Of a stretch of DNA of 64,000 nucleotides, positions 1 through 13,060 are shown in pieces (position 1 is the first letter of the stretch; each line of letters opens with the position of its first letter). Under the pieces are notes generated by a model, which saw only the letters and a program-made list of their open reading frames with translations, was not told where the DNA came from and searched no databases. The position numbers and the translations under genes are program-made. The stretch spans positions 118,112,001 to 118,176,000 of the forward strand of contig NC_087437.1 in NCBI RefSeq assembly GCF_036321535.1. The letters run 5' to 3'. The DNA is from Camelus dromedarius. Its lineage: Eukaryota.

Positions 1-3000
1 TTTTGTGTCTCGATTCTTTTTTTAATATGGACGTCCAATTGTGTTTGGCACCATTTATTGAAAAGACTGTCTTTTCACCATTAAACTGTCTTTGCTGTCA
101 AGAATCAGTTGAATATAATTATGTGGATCTGTTTCTCGGCTCCCCATTCTGTTCCATTATTCTATTTGAATATTCTTTTGTCAATCCCAAAATGGCCCAA
201 TCACTGGAAGTCTTGAAGTCAGGTAGTGGTAGTGCTCTAACTTTGTTCTTCTACAATATTGAGTTGGCTATTCTGAGTCTTTTGACTTTCCATAACTTTA
301 GAGTCAATTTACTGATATGCAAAAATTAATTTGCTGGGTTTTTTACATTGAGATTGCACTGAATCTATAAAACAAGTTGAAAAGAACTGACATTTCAGCA
401 AGACTGAATCTCTCTATTCATGAATATGGAATATTTCTCCAATTATGTAGCTCTCTGATTTCTTTAGTCAGAGTTAGTGTTTGTAAATTCCGTACCTATT
501 TTGTTAGATTAATGCCTAAATGTTTCTCTTTCTTGGTGCTCATGGAAATGGTATGGTGTCTTTAACTTTGAATCCCAATAATTTATTGCTAGTATATAGG
601 AAAGCAATTGAATTCAGATATTAACTTGTATCCTGAAACTTTGCTATAACCAGTTATTAGTTTCGGGAGTTGTTTATTCTTTGAGATATTCTAAATTGAT
701 AATATGTCACCTTTGAACAAAGACAGTTTTATTTCTCTCATCCAAATCTGCATATCTTTTATTTCCTTTTCCTGTCTTATTGCATTAGCTTGGAATTCCA
801 GTATGATGGTGAGTAGGAGTGGTGGGAAAGGACATACATCCTTGCCTTGTTCCCAATCTTAGAGGGAAAGCACTTAGTTTCTCACCATTAAGTATGATGT
901 TTGCTATAAATATTCTGTAGGTATAGATCTTTGACTTACAATCAGTTATGTTCTAATAAATCCCTTGTAGGTTGAAAATATCATAAGTCAAAAAAGCATT
1001 TAATTCACCTAACACACTAAACATCATAGTTTAGCCCTACCTACCTCTAATGTGTCCAGAACATATATATTAGTCTATAGTTGGGCAAAATCATCTAACA
1101 TAAAGCCTGTTTTACAATAATGTGTTAAATATCTTACGTAATTTATTAAATTCTGAACTGAAGGTGAAAAACAGAATGACTGTATTGGTATAAAGTGGAT
1201 ATATCTGTTGTTTACTCTCATGATTGCATGGCTGACCAGGAGCTGCAGCTCACTGCCTCTGTCCAGCATAAGAATAGAATATCATACTGCATATCACTAG
1301 CCGGGAAAAAGATCAAAATTCAAAACGTGAAGTTCAGTTTCTACTGAATGTATATCTCTTTCACACCATTGAAAGGTTGAAAAATCATAAGTGGAACCTT
1401 CATAAGTTTGGGACCATCTGTATTCTTTTTCAAGGTGAGAAAGTTCTTCAATATTCCTAATTTGCTGGGAATTTTTTATCAGGCATGGATGTTGGTTTTA
1501 CCAAATGCTTTCTTTGCACTAGTGTTATGATCATATGATTTTTTTTTCTTTAGCTTGTTAATGTGATGGGTTATAGTCACTGATTTCCAAATGCTGAAAA
1601 AGCCTTCCATACCTGGAATAAATCAACTTGGTCATGGTGTATAATTCTTTTTATACACTGTTAGATCTACTAATATTTCATTGGAGAATTTTGTACCTAT
1701 GTTCAGAGGAGTTGTTCCGTATTTTTTTTTTCCTTATGTTTTTAACTGGTGTCGGTGTTAGGGTAACACTGCTCTCCTGGAGGGCATTACGAACTATGTC
1801 CTCTGTTTCTATTCTTAGGAAGAGAATTGGTATCATTTCTTCCTTAAATAGCTGGTAAAATTCACCAGTGAAACCATTTGGACCTACTGTTATCTTTTTT
1901 AGAAGGCTATTAATTATTGACTCAATTTCTTTAATAGAAATAGGCCTATTCAGATGATCTACTTCTCCTTGCACAAATTTTGGCAGTTTGTCTCCTCCAG
2001 GAATTAGTTCATTTCCTCTGAGCTATCAAATTTGTGGCATAGGGTTTTTCATAATATTCCTTTATCATTTTAATGTTCATAGGAACATTGGTGATGACCT
2101 CTCTTTAATTTCTAATATTACTAATTTGTGTCTTTTCTCTGTTCTCTTGGTAACCTAGCAGGTAGTATACCAGTTTTATTGATCTTTTCAAATAACTAGA
2201 TTTTAGTTTTGTTGATCTTTTTCTATTGGCTTCCTGCTTTCAATTTAAATAATTTCTGCTCTAATTTTTATTATTTTTCCCTTGCTTTAGGCTTGCATTG
2301 CACTTCTTTCTCTATTTGCCTAGGGCAGAAGCTTGTATGACTAACTTCAGATCTTTCCTGTTTTCTAATATATACACTGTTACAGTTATGTTATGTTAAA
2401 GCAATGCCTTCATTGCATCCCACAAATTTTTATAAGTTTTAGTTTTATTCTTATTTAGTTTAAAATATATTTAAATTTATCTCAAGACCTTTATATGACT
2501 TATGTGTTACCTAGAAATGTATTTTTATTCTTCAAATATTTAGGAATTTTCTAGCTATTTTTCTGTGATTAAATTAAATTAAAGTTTATTATAGTTTAAT
2601 TCTATTATAGTGTGAGGCCATGCATGATTTCTACTATTTTAAATTTGCTGTGGTACATTTAATGGCCAAAATGTGGTCTTGGTGAATAATTTGTTTGAAA
2701 AGAATATGTATTCTGCTGTTGTTGATAAAGTATCCTATAAATGTCAATTACATTCAGTTGATTGATGGTACTGTTTGGATCAACTATATCCTTACTGATT
2801 TGCTGCGTGCTGGCTCTGTCAGTCACTGATAGTGGTGTTAAAGTCCATATAACTGTGGATTTCTCTATTTCTCCTTGAAAATGTTATTTTATCATTGTTT
2901 ATTCCTTCCATGATGCTTCTCCTTTCTTTAAGTAGATCCAAGTTCCTGACGTAATCATTTTCTTTCTTGCCAAATAATTTATTTTAATATTTTCTATGAG

Positions 3001-4773
3001 GCAGTCTTAATGGGGATGAATTCCCTCAGGTTTTTGTTTATCTAAGAAAATATTTCTCCTTCACTGTTGAAAATCACTCTAACGGATATTAGAATCCTAT
3101 GCTGGTAGATTTCTTTTTCTTTCACTACATTACATATTTCACTACACACTCTTGCTTATACAGTTTGTGGCCAAAAGTCCATTGTAATTCTTATCCTCGT
3201 CCTTTTACACGTAAAACTATAGCTTCTTTCAATATTTTCTCATTTTCTTTGGTTTTCTGAAGTTTAAATCTGACATGCTTAGGTGAAGACATTTTTAGTG
3301 TTCATCCTGCTTGGTGTTATCTGAAACTCTTGGATCTGTAATTTGGTGTGTGTCATTAATTTTGGAAAATTCTCAGCTATCATTTCTTCAAGTATTTCTT
3401 CTGCTCCTTTTTCTCTTTCTTCGCCTTCTGGTATTCACATTATATCTGTGTTATGCCTTTTGTAAGTTTCCCATATTTCTTAGGTATTCCCCTTTTTCCT
3501 CTTTGCTTTTCAGTTTATGAAGTTCTGTTGACATAACTTCAAGCTCACTGATTCTTTCTTGGCTAGACCCAGTCAACTAATGAGCTCATCAAAGGCATTC
3601 TTCATTTCTGTTGCATTGGTTTTGATTCCTAAGATTTCCTTTTGATTCTTACTTAGAATTTCCTTCACTCTGCTTACATTACCCATCTGTTCCTGAATGT
3701 CATCTATTTTTCCCATTAGTGCCCTCAACATATTAATCATAATTAATTTAAATTCCATTCTGATATTTTCAGGCTCTCTTACACCTGAGTCTGGTGCTGA
3801 CTTTTGCTTCACGTGTTTTTATTTGTCTTTTATTCTTTGTAATTTTTTTTTTGACAGACATATTATGTAAGTAACAGAAACTGGGATAATTAGACTTTTA
3901 GTGTAAATTTTTATGTGAGTCTGCTGAGGATCTGTGCTGTATTTAATGTTGGATGTAGCTGTAACTGACCAGAGGCTTCAGTTTCCTCTAATTTCCTTGT
4001 TCCATTTTCTTCTCTCCTATTTCCTGTGTTCCCCTAGGGACTCCTTCTTAGATACAGTCTGTGTCCTATAGCTGTCTCAATTGTAATGCACTGCTACTAT
4101 TTTGGAGCCCTGCTGATGTGGCGGGAAGGTGTTAGGAAGGGGAAGCTTTCTGTAATCTTATGAATAAATCTCAGTTTTTATTGTTCCCAAGTCTCTAGGT
4201 TATATTCTTCAGAAGTTTTTGTTGTTTTTGTTTGTTTTAAACATTTTACCTCCCCTTTTGTGAGATAAGAGGAAAGCCAGAGGGGGCTGCAATTGGCTAA
4301 TTGCTCCTTCCCAGGTCAGACAAGCCTCTGATCAAGTAATTTCTGTAGGAAGATAGGGCTTTCTGATTGAGAAGGCACTGGGCTTATTTCAAATGGTGAC
4401 CTTCTATTTGCTTAAAACAAAAGGGGTTTTTACTCTGGCCTTCAGGTGTGAACATGATGAGGTGCCTAGAGGTAAAACTCAGGAAAATATAGGGCTCCTG
4501 GGAAATTTTAATTCTCAAGCCATCCACATTTAGTTGCCAGCGATTTGTCACACTTACCAAGTAAGTGTTCCTGCTAGTTCTGTTCCCAATAAGCTGATCA
4601 TGGCTGTCATTCTCTGGGCCTCCCCAGATTTCACAGTGGTGGTTTGCCCTGTGACCTCAATTCTCTGATGGATCTAAGACACTGATTTTTAGTTTGTTCA
4701 GCTTTTTTCTTGTTGTGAGGGAATAAAGGATAACCTCCAGGCTTTATACATGTCAGAGCTGAAAGTGAAAGTC
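1..4773 (-). mobile_element. Old L1 (L1M-type): degraded ORF2, ORF1 and 5' end, interrupted by a MER47/Tigger5 element
   Basis: Antisense ORF2 remnant (1678-1974 LNRPISIKEIESIINSL..GPNGFTGEFYQLFKEEMIPIL); ORF1 coiled-coil remnant (3573-3812 MLRALMGKIDDIQEQMGNVSR); L1M-like 5' end sequence near 4630-4773. Confidence 0.9.
924..1420 (+). mobile_element. MER47/Tigger5-family non-autonomous Tc1-mariner element
   Basis: Resembles MER47 consensus (GACTTACAAT..GTTGAAAATATCATAAGTC..TTGGGCAAAATCATCTAACA..GGACCATCTG); TA at 922-923 and 1421-1422; L1 sequence resumes across it. Confidence 0.88.
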
Positions 4774-4988
4774 AGCAAACTTTTTCAGTAGAGGGCCAAA
4801 TAATAAGAGTTTAGGCTTTGTAAGATACGCAGTCTTTACTGCGGCTACTTAACTCTACAGTTGGAATGTGAAAACAGCTACAGACAATATGCAAATAAAT
4901 GGGCACAGCTGTGTCCCAATAAAAATTTATCTACAGAAACAGGTGGCAGGCTGAATTTGGCCTGTGGGCCACAATTTGGTACCCCCTG
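4771..4988. mobile_element. MER58A (hAT-Charlie MITE)
   Basis: GTCAGCAAACTTTTTC..AGGGCCA..GGCCTGTGGGCCACAATTTG..CCCCTG resembles MER58A. Confidence 0.8.
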
Positions 4989-5969
4989 CTCTAGACTAAA
5001 GGCCACAAACTGAAATTTGATCAGGGGACAATACGATAGCAAACATGAGCAAACTTCAGTGGGTTTTAAATAAAAAACAAAGACTCGAGTTATATATGAA
5101 ACACTTATTTTTATGTCCACACACAAAAAAATACACTCTATCTCATTTTTCTTGAAACAAATATTTTGCTTTGCATAGAAATGTGGGTACCGCAGATCAC
5201 TTAATCCTTCTAAATTACTATAGGAAAACGGCAGCACCTTGTGAAGGTAAATGGTGACTGCTACTATGTCTGAGTGTCAGGGACACCCGGGGGCGGTGGG
5301 GAATTTGATAAACGGCAGAGGAGAGCACTAGAGCCCAGCCAGTTGCTGCCTGGTGGGAGTAAGACTGCATCTCCAGACTTAGTTTTTCAAGAAGAATAAA
5401 AGTCTAGATTGTGTGGTACTCTAACAACTTTAAATGATGACAACTAAACTTTTAAGCATCATACAGGTAAACATTGTGTAGCTCAAACACAAATATTCTA
5501 GCTGCTGAACCTGGCTCTTGGTTGAACTGGTCCTCCAATCTAGGTCTACCCGCAGGTTTGCCAGAAGAAAGCCTGGGAGTTAAAGAACTTGCTCAGCATC
5601 ACTCAGCCAGGGATGGCCAAGTAGACCACTTCTCTGGGTCAGCTCACAGTTCACATGAAATGCACCATTTAGCCTCCATGGAATTAAAGTCTCCCTGCTC
5701 CTTATTTACTCCTGGCCACTGTGCCATTTTCTTTCACTGATATCAATAATTCCCAGGCATACAATTCTAGGTAGCTTTTCAAAATCAACTAACTTCATAA
5801 TTTTAATTTTTTTTCAGAGAGCACAATTATATTTCACTTAATCAGCAAAGAACCAATAAAGCAGTCACAATTCTGACTGCCCTGTGTAACATAATCCTGC
5901 TTAATTCTAAATTGGTCTAGAAGCATTTTCATCTTTCCAGGGATTTCAGCTTACTAGAAAGCAATATGA

Positions 5970-7954
5970 GAGATATAAAAGGAATCCAAATTGGAAAAGA
6001 AGAGGTAAAAGTGTCACTATATACAAATGACATGATACTATATATAGAAACCCTAAAAGGTCCACACAAAAACTATTAGAGCTGATCGAAGAATTCAGCA
6101 AGGTAGCAGGTTACAAGATTAACATACAAAAATTAGTTGCATTTCTTTACACTAATGATGAATCAACAGGAAAAGAAAGTAAAGAAACAATCCCCTTTAA
6201 AATAGCACCCAAATAAAATACCTAGGAATAAATCTAACCAGAGAGGTGAAAGACTTATACACGGAGAACTACAAAACACTGATGAAGGAAATTAAAGAAG
6301 ACTTTAAAAAATGGAAAGATATCTCATGCTCCTGGATTGGAAGAATCAACAGTGTTAAAACGGTCATACTGCCCAAGGCAATTTACAGATTTAATGCAAT
6401 CCCTATCAAATTACCCAGGACATATTGCACAGAATTAGAACAAATCATAATAAAATTTATATGGAATTACAAAAGACCTACAATTGCTGAAGAAAAAGAA
6501 AGAAAGAGGAATAACTCTCCCAGACTTCAGATAGTACTATAGAGCTACAGTAATCAAAACAGCTTGGTATTGGTACAAAAACAGACATATGGACCAATGG
6601 AACAGAACAGAGAGCCCAGAAATGAACCCACAAACTTTTGGTCAACTAATCTTCGACAAAGGAGGCAAGAATATACAGTGGAATAAAGACAGTCTCTTCA
6701 GCAAATGGTGCTGGGAAAACTGGACAGCAGCATGTAAAGCAATGAAGCTAGAACACTCCCTTACACCATACACAAAAATAAACTCAAAATGGATCAAAGA
6801 CTTAAACATAAGACAAGATACAATAAACCTTCTAGAAGAAAATATAGGCAAAATATTATCTCACATACATCTCAAAAATGTTCTCTTAGGGCAGTCTACC
6901 CAAGCAATAGAAATAAAAGCAAGAATAAACAAATGGGACCTAATGAAACTTACAAGCTTCTACACAGCAAAGGAAACAATAAGCAAAACAAAACAACCTA
7001 CAGAATGGGAGAAAATTTTTGCAGATGAAACTGACAAAGGCTTGATCTCCAGAATATATAAGCAGCTCATACAACTTAATAAGAAAAAGACAAACAACCC
7101 AATCCAAAAATGGGCAGAAGACCTAAACAAGCAATTCTCCAAGGAAGAAATACAAATGATCAATAAGCACATGAAATGACAAATACTGGAGAGGCTGTGG
7201 AGAAAAGGGAACCTTCCTACACTGCTGGTCGGAATGCAGTTTGGTGCAGCCACTGTGGAAAACAGTATGGAGATTCCTCAAAAGACAAGGAATAGACTTA
7301 CCATATGACCCAGTAATCCCGCTCCTGGGCATATATCCAGAAGGAACCCTACCTCAAAAAGACACCTGCACCCCAATGTTCATAGCAGCACTATTTACAA
7401 TAGCCAAGACATGGAGACAGCCTAAATGTCCATCAATAGATGACTGGATAAAGAAGATGTGGTATATTTATACAATGGAATACTACTCATCCATAAAAAT
7501 GACAACATAACGCCATTTGCAACAACATGGATGTCCCTGGAAAATGTCATTCTAAGTGAAGTAAGCCAGAAAGCAAAAGAAAAAAACCATATGAGATCAC
7601 TCATATGTGGAATCTTAAAAAAAAAAAAAAAAAGAACATAAATACAAAACAGAAACAGACTCATAGACATAGAATACAAACTTGTGGTTGCCAAGGGTGC
7701 TGGGGGTGGGAAGGAATAGACAGGGAGTTCAAAATTTGTGGATACTGACAGACATATGTAGAATAGATAGACAAGATTATAATGTATAGCACAAGGAAAT
7801 ATATACAAGATCTTGTGGTAGATCACAGCAAAAAACAAAATGTGACAATGAATATACGTATGTTCATGTATAACTGAAAAACTGTGCTCTACACTGGAAT
7901 TTGACACAACATTGTAAAATGACTATAACTCAATAAAAAAATGCTTAAAAAAAG
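5970..7954 (+). mobile_element. Young 5'-truncated L1 (ORF2 C-terminal part, 3'UTR, A-tail)
   Basis: ORF2 peptides ([68 protein letters not shown]); AATAAA then A-rich tail; perfect 13-bp TSD GAAAGCAATATGA at 5957-5969 and 7955-7967. Confidence 0.97.
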
Positions 7955-8654
7955 GAAAGCAATATGAAGTCTTTTAGGGGCAAAATGAAAATAAGCGAGT
8001 GGTGAGACTAGTCTCGCCCAGGCAGGTCTCTTTCACTGTGCGCTGTCCTGAACAGGGAAGGCAGTGGTACAGAGACCATGCCCAAGGAGACTGATAGATC
8101 TGACGGTGGAGGGGCAGTGAGGAATGTGGAGATTTCAGTGGGGAGGACGGGTTGTGGGAGGGCTCCCATTGCCATAAATAAGAACCTTCTATTCTAATCC
8201 TTTGACTTGGAGTTCTTCAAAAGAGAGCTGTGTCAACTCTAAAAACCACCACAAACTGTCAGAAGAGACTAATGATGAACTATACACCATCATAATGAAC
8301 TCTACAGAAATATGTTCTTATCAACAGCAGGACAAAGAATGGTCCTAAAAACCTGGTGCGGTGACATTATATATAATCATTGCTATAATTTTGAAATTCC
8401 ATAGAAGTATTTTTTAACAGAGTTAGGTATGAAAACTGATATTTCAAAAATATATTTTAAGCCAGAATGGACAACAAAATATCTGTGATTAAATGCATTC
8501 AGTAAAATTAAGGAGAAATGGCTGGGTCTGCTGAGCAGAGTAACAAAAAGAAACCATCCCATCCCACACCAGGCATCAATGTATAATTTAGCATTTCCTC
8601 AACAGGCAGTCTGAGAAAAAATAAGATATGGCTCAAAACAAATTGTTTTATGCC

Positions 8655-8725
8655 CAAACAGGTTTTGGAAATGCAGGTTAGATATAATTAAATAGGCATT
8701 TTTACTACAAACTCTCTGAGCACTT
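8655..8725. mobile_element. Charlie4a-like hAT fragment, split by an L1 (appears to continue 9419-9455)
   Basis: TTTGGAAATGCAGGTTAGATATAATTAAATAGG..CTCTCTGAGCACTT resembles Charlie4a; similar copy at 11240-11450. Confidence 0.45.
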
Positions 8726-9153
8726 GTTTTTTAATTGAAGTACAGTTGTGTTAGTTTTTGGTGCACAGGAAAGTGATTCAGTTATACAGACACACACACA
8801 TATTCTTTTTCAGATTCTTTTCCATTATAGATTATTATAAGATACTGAATATAGTTCCCTGTGCTATACAGTAGGACCCTATTGTTTATTTTCTATAGTA
8901 GAATCTGTTAATTCCAAACTCCTAATTTATCCTCTCATCTCCTTTCCCCTTTGTAATCATGTTTGTTTTGTATGTCTGTGAGTTGATTTCTGTTTTGTAA
9001 ATGAGTTCATTTGTATCATTTTTTTTCAGATTCCACACATAAGTGATATATGACATTTGTCTGACTTACTTCACTTAGTATAATAATCTCTAGGTCCACC
9101 TATGTTGCTGCAAATGGCATTATTTTCATTCTTTTTTAATGCTGTTAATAACC

Positions 9154-9201
<48 letters not shown>

Positions 9202-9406
9202 ACATCTTCTTTATTTAGTTTGCTAAACATTTAGTTTGCTTCCATGTCTTGGCTATTGTAAATCATGCTGCTATGAACACTGGGGTGCATGTATGTTTTC
9301 AAGTTAGAGTTTTCTCCAAATATCTGCCCAGGAGTGGGACTGCTGGATCAAGTGGTAAGTCTAGTTTTAGTTTTGTAAGGAACCTCCATCCTGTTCTCCA
9401 CAGTGG
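8726..9406 (-). mobile_element. L1 3' end
   Basis: Antisense L1 3'UTR and ORF2 end; TSD CTCT(G/C)AGCACTT at 8714-8725 and 9407-9418 (1 mismatch). Confidence 0.92.
9157..9200. repeat. (AC)22 microsatellite inside the L1
   Basis: Perfect dinucleotide run. Confidence 0.98.
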
Positions 9407-11239
9407 CTCTCAGCACTTTTACTGGGCTTTATGCGTTGCACTCTCAAAAAGAGATCTCTGTTCTGAAGTAATTTTCAGATCCATTATCGTCAAAGCCCAT
9501 ATTCAAATGCACAAATTCCAAATTCTCCCAGAGAAGTGTTTAATGGAACTAAATCTGAAAAATAATGATTTATTTGTTGACAAACTTAAATAATAATCTT
9601 ACATATTAAGAAGTTAAATTTTGAATTTTCTTAAATGATGCAGCATTTTTTGGTTATAAGGATACTAGGCCACGTTTTTTTCTCTTCTTCCTTAAATTTA
9701 GATTATTCATTCTAGGGGCTATCATTGGTTCACACCCAGTGCAATTCTCATCTTCTTTCTGTGTAAAATATTTTGAATATAATGAATTGTTTCAGATTTG
9801 TAAATCAGAGAATTCTTTCCAACTGGGTCTAGAAAGTGTTAAAATACGCACATCATTTGGAATTTTAAATGCCAGAAGAAGCAATTAAGCAAAGTTGATG
9901 TCGTAAAATTTATACTGAAGCAAGACAGAACACCTGGTTAGTTATCAATTAATACTTTTTATTATGCTCTTCCTGGCTTTCTTTCTTCTGATGTATGATG
10001 ATATTTGGGCTAGGGTTATTTATGATTTATAGGAAAGATGGAAATTAAGATTTATGCTCAAAGGAAATGGTTTGCATCTCTGCTCTGTGTAGAACAACAC
10101 AATGAAGCATTCTTTCTAATCACACAGTGGGGAGGTAATCCAAAACTCAGTGAGAAAAGGAAGATGATTTGGGAACAGGAGAGATTTGTTAAAGAAAGGG
10201 GCAAAAATGACATTGGAGATGATGACTGAAGGGGAAGGAAAGCTCTAAAATTGGAACGTTTCATTGGAATTAGGTGCTGAGGGGGAGGCCAGTGTTGTCT
10301 TTGACAAAGGGGGTAAGCAGAGCTTACCTGGGAAAAGTTAGTCTCAGGATGAACAGAAGGAAATGAGACTGTCAAGAGCCCCTCAAGCTCAGATTAGAAT
10401 TCTTTCCTCTCAGCGCTCTTATAGCAGGATGATTCTGGTAATAGTCTATCAAAGAGGGTCACAGTGCTCGTGGGACTGATTTATAAAATGCTAACAAAAC
10501 TTCCTTATTACTATAATTATAATAATATAATTACTATATAGATATAATATAGTAATATAATTACTATATGGGGAGATGGACTATATCCCAGGCTCAAAGG
10601 GCTGCAGAACACCTTTCATGAGGACCAAACATCTTTAAACAAAAATGGGGCTCAGGACATAGTCCAAGGCAATCCTGAGGATTCTGGGTTGAGCAATGGC
10701 ACATTTATGTCTCTTGTCTTTCCAGTTAAGAACTAAATTTGGAATGCCCAGTGAGGAAACCCCACCATTTACGGTAGAAAGAACTGCAGGGCAACATGGC
10801 GGGTTCACTGTAACACACCCTACATTTCTTCCCTCCACGCCTCATCTCTTGAACACTCCTCTCCATGCACAGTACACATCTGAAGTTGTACCTGGCTTTG
10901 ATTTGCCTCTTCAGCAAACTAAAGCAAACTAGAGAAATAAAGCAAACTAAGAAACAGCCTAGACCTCTGTGAAGAGCCCAGTATGGGCAGCCCAAAGCCC
11001 TGGCGCTGGCAAAACTCTGTCCACCTCAGAGCAGATATAACTTCCAGCACCCAGAACACACATGCTTTGTGCAACTCTGGGAGAGCCCTTGTATCTGGCT
11101 CTCTCCTGCACGGCCCCTCCTCCCAACAAGGAGGCCCTTCAGTAGGCTCTGCTTCTAATTTCCGTAATGAGATTAAGTATTGCTCGAACCATGCCCATGC
11201 CTTCAAATTAAGCCACCTTGGAGCAGGTACCTAACCAAG

Positions 11240-11450
11240 TTCCCCTAAGTGTGTTTCATGGAAGACAAATATACATGATGCTGAAAAGAACAGATCCCAA
11301 ATCACTTCAAAAAAAAATAGGTTAAAGTAAACATGTATCTTGTCCCAGGACTTCTCAGTGCCTTTGCCATGTTCATTATAAACCGTCCAGAGAATGAGTG
11401 TTTGCAGCATTTCTTCAAGTATATGTCATCCCAGAATCCTGTCTAGAACA
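11240..11450. mobile_element. Charlie4a-like hAT fragment
   Basis: GGTTAAAGTAAACA..CAGGACTTCTCAGTGCCTTT..GCAGCATTTCTTCAAG. Confidence 0.5.
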
Positions 11451-11775
11451 GCATTAGAAATATGACGTGATCCACAAATGAGAACCATGTATGTGATTTT
11501 GGATTTTAAGAAAGCCACATTAAAATGTAGAAAATAAATGGATGAATTTAATTTTAATAGTATATTTCACTGACCTGGTATTCGAAAAATTATTACCATT
11601 TCAACATGCAATTTATATAAAATATTATTAATGAAATAACTTAAGTTCTCTTTTGTTGTACTGTATCTTCGAAATATGGTTTACATTTACAACACTCACC
11701 TTCAGACCAGCCATGTTTCCAGTGTTCAGTGCAGCATCACAAGAGGCCATGGCTACCCCACTGGATGGTACATGG
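11450..11775. mobile_element. MER33-like hAT-Charlie element
   Basis: AGCCACATTAAAA..ATTTAATTTTAATA..CATTTCAACATGCAAT..GACCAGCCATGTTTCCAGTGTTCA. Confidence 0.7.
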
Positions 11776-11854
11776 AGACAACTGTTGCACAAAATTGGTA
11801 TAATTTGGGATGCACAGATAGGCACTATTTCTGGATTTGGGGTAATGTGATGTT

Positions 11855-13060
11855 GACTCATTTAATAAATATTTATTTGTGCTAGGTGCTAGAGAAATAG
11901 TATTGGACATCATAAGAACACCCTTCCTTCATGAGCTTTCACTCCCATGAGGAATACAAGCACTAAATTCCACGATTTAAGCATTTAACAACACCAAGTG
12001 CTGAGAAAGGATATGAGAGAGAAGTCTGATTGCACCTGGGGGCCAATGAAGGCTTCCCCAACAAGTGGCATTTAAATGGACACCTGGAAGATATTTTGGC
12101 TTTAGTTAGACAGCACACAAAGAGAAGATCATGAGGTTGGAAAAACCATTATAGTTCAAGGAAATAAACATTGGGATACTGAAATACAAAGAGCAGAGTC
12201 TGGCGGAGCCCTCTGAGATGAGGCTGGTCAGCAGGAACATGTTGCATTTCAGGACAGTGTTAGATTGTGTCTATAAAGCAATGGGAAGCCTTGGAGGGGT
12301 TTAAGCCAGAGAGTGACACCATCCAACGTGTTTTTGTGAGAAATGAAAGACAGCTCACATTATTTGCTACACCTCTCATTGAGAGCTGGGATCTAACTCC
12401 TTTCTCTTTGAATCCAAGTTGATCTTAATGACCCGCTTGACCAAGAGAATTCAGTAGAGATGAAGTTCTGGGCATTTCCAAGGCCATTTCATAAGAAGCC
12501 TTACGGCTTCACCCTGGTCTTTGGGAATACTCTCTGCTAAGCTCTGAACCACGGTGTGAGAGACAGACTACTGCAAGAGAGCCCTACTCAAGTACCATGT
12601 GCAAAGGACATAAGGCAATGAGCTGAAGAGAGAAGGAGAGAAAGGGAGGTCAGCTCATGACTAAGAACAGTTCCTACAAGTCCCCAAATCAGCCTTGCCC
12701 CAAGGAGAGAACAGATTTCCCTTCTACTAGTCATTCATGCCATCCCAGCTGAGTCCCACACATCTCAGAGAGGAGGTGAGTTGCTCTACTAAGCCCTGCC
12801 CAAATTTCACGATCATGGTAAACATAGTAAATGGTCGTTATTTTAAGCCACCAATTTTGGAGATGGTTGTTACACAGCAGTGGATGACTGGATGGTTTTG
12901 ATGATCCCTTTGGCTACGTGTGGAGGTGGACTCCAAGGGAATAAGGACACACGTGGAAAAAGGTAGCTGAGCCAGAAAGTGGCAGTGGGTGAGGAGGGAA
13001 GTGGCTGAAGTAAGTCACATTGAGGAGGCAGAACTGGAAACCCCGTGTGCCTTGATTCAG
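11855..13060 (-). mobile_element. L2 fragment interrupted by an MLT1 LTR
   Basis: Antisense L2 3' end (CATTTAATAAATATTTATT..GTGCTAGGTGCT); CAATGGGAAGCCTTGGAGGGTTTAAGC; L2-like sequence resumes after 12899. Confidence 0.75.
12335..12894 (+). mobile_element. MLT1G/H-like MaLR solo LTR
   Basis: TGTG start; MLT1-type 3' end TTTTAAGCCACCAATTTTGGAGATGGTTGTTACACAGCA; 5-bp TSD GTTTT at 12330-12334 and 12895-12899. Confidence 0.85.

Noticed and set aside
6246..7510. ORFs with reverse-transcriptase-associated motifs as a host gene
   Set aside because: Frameshifted L1 ORF2 fragments inside a TSD-bounded insertion
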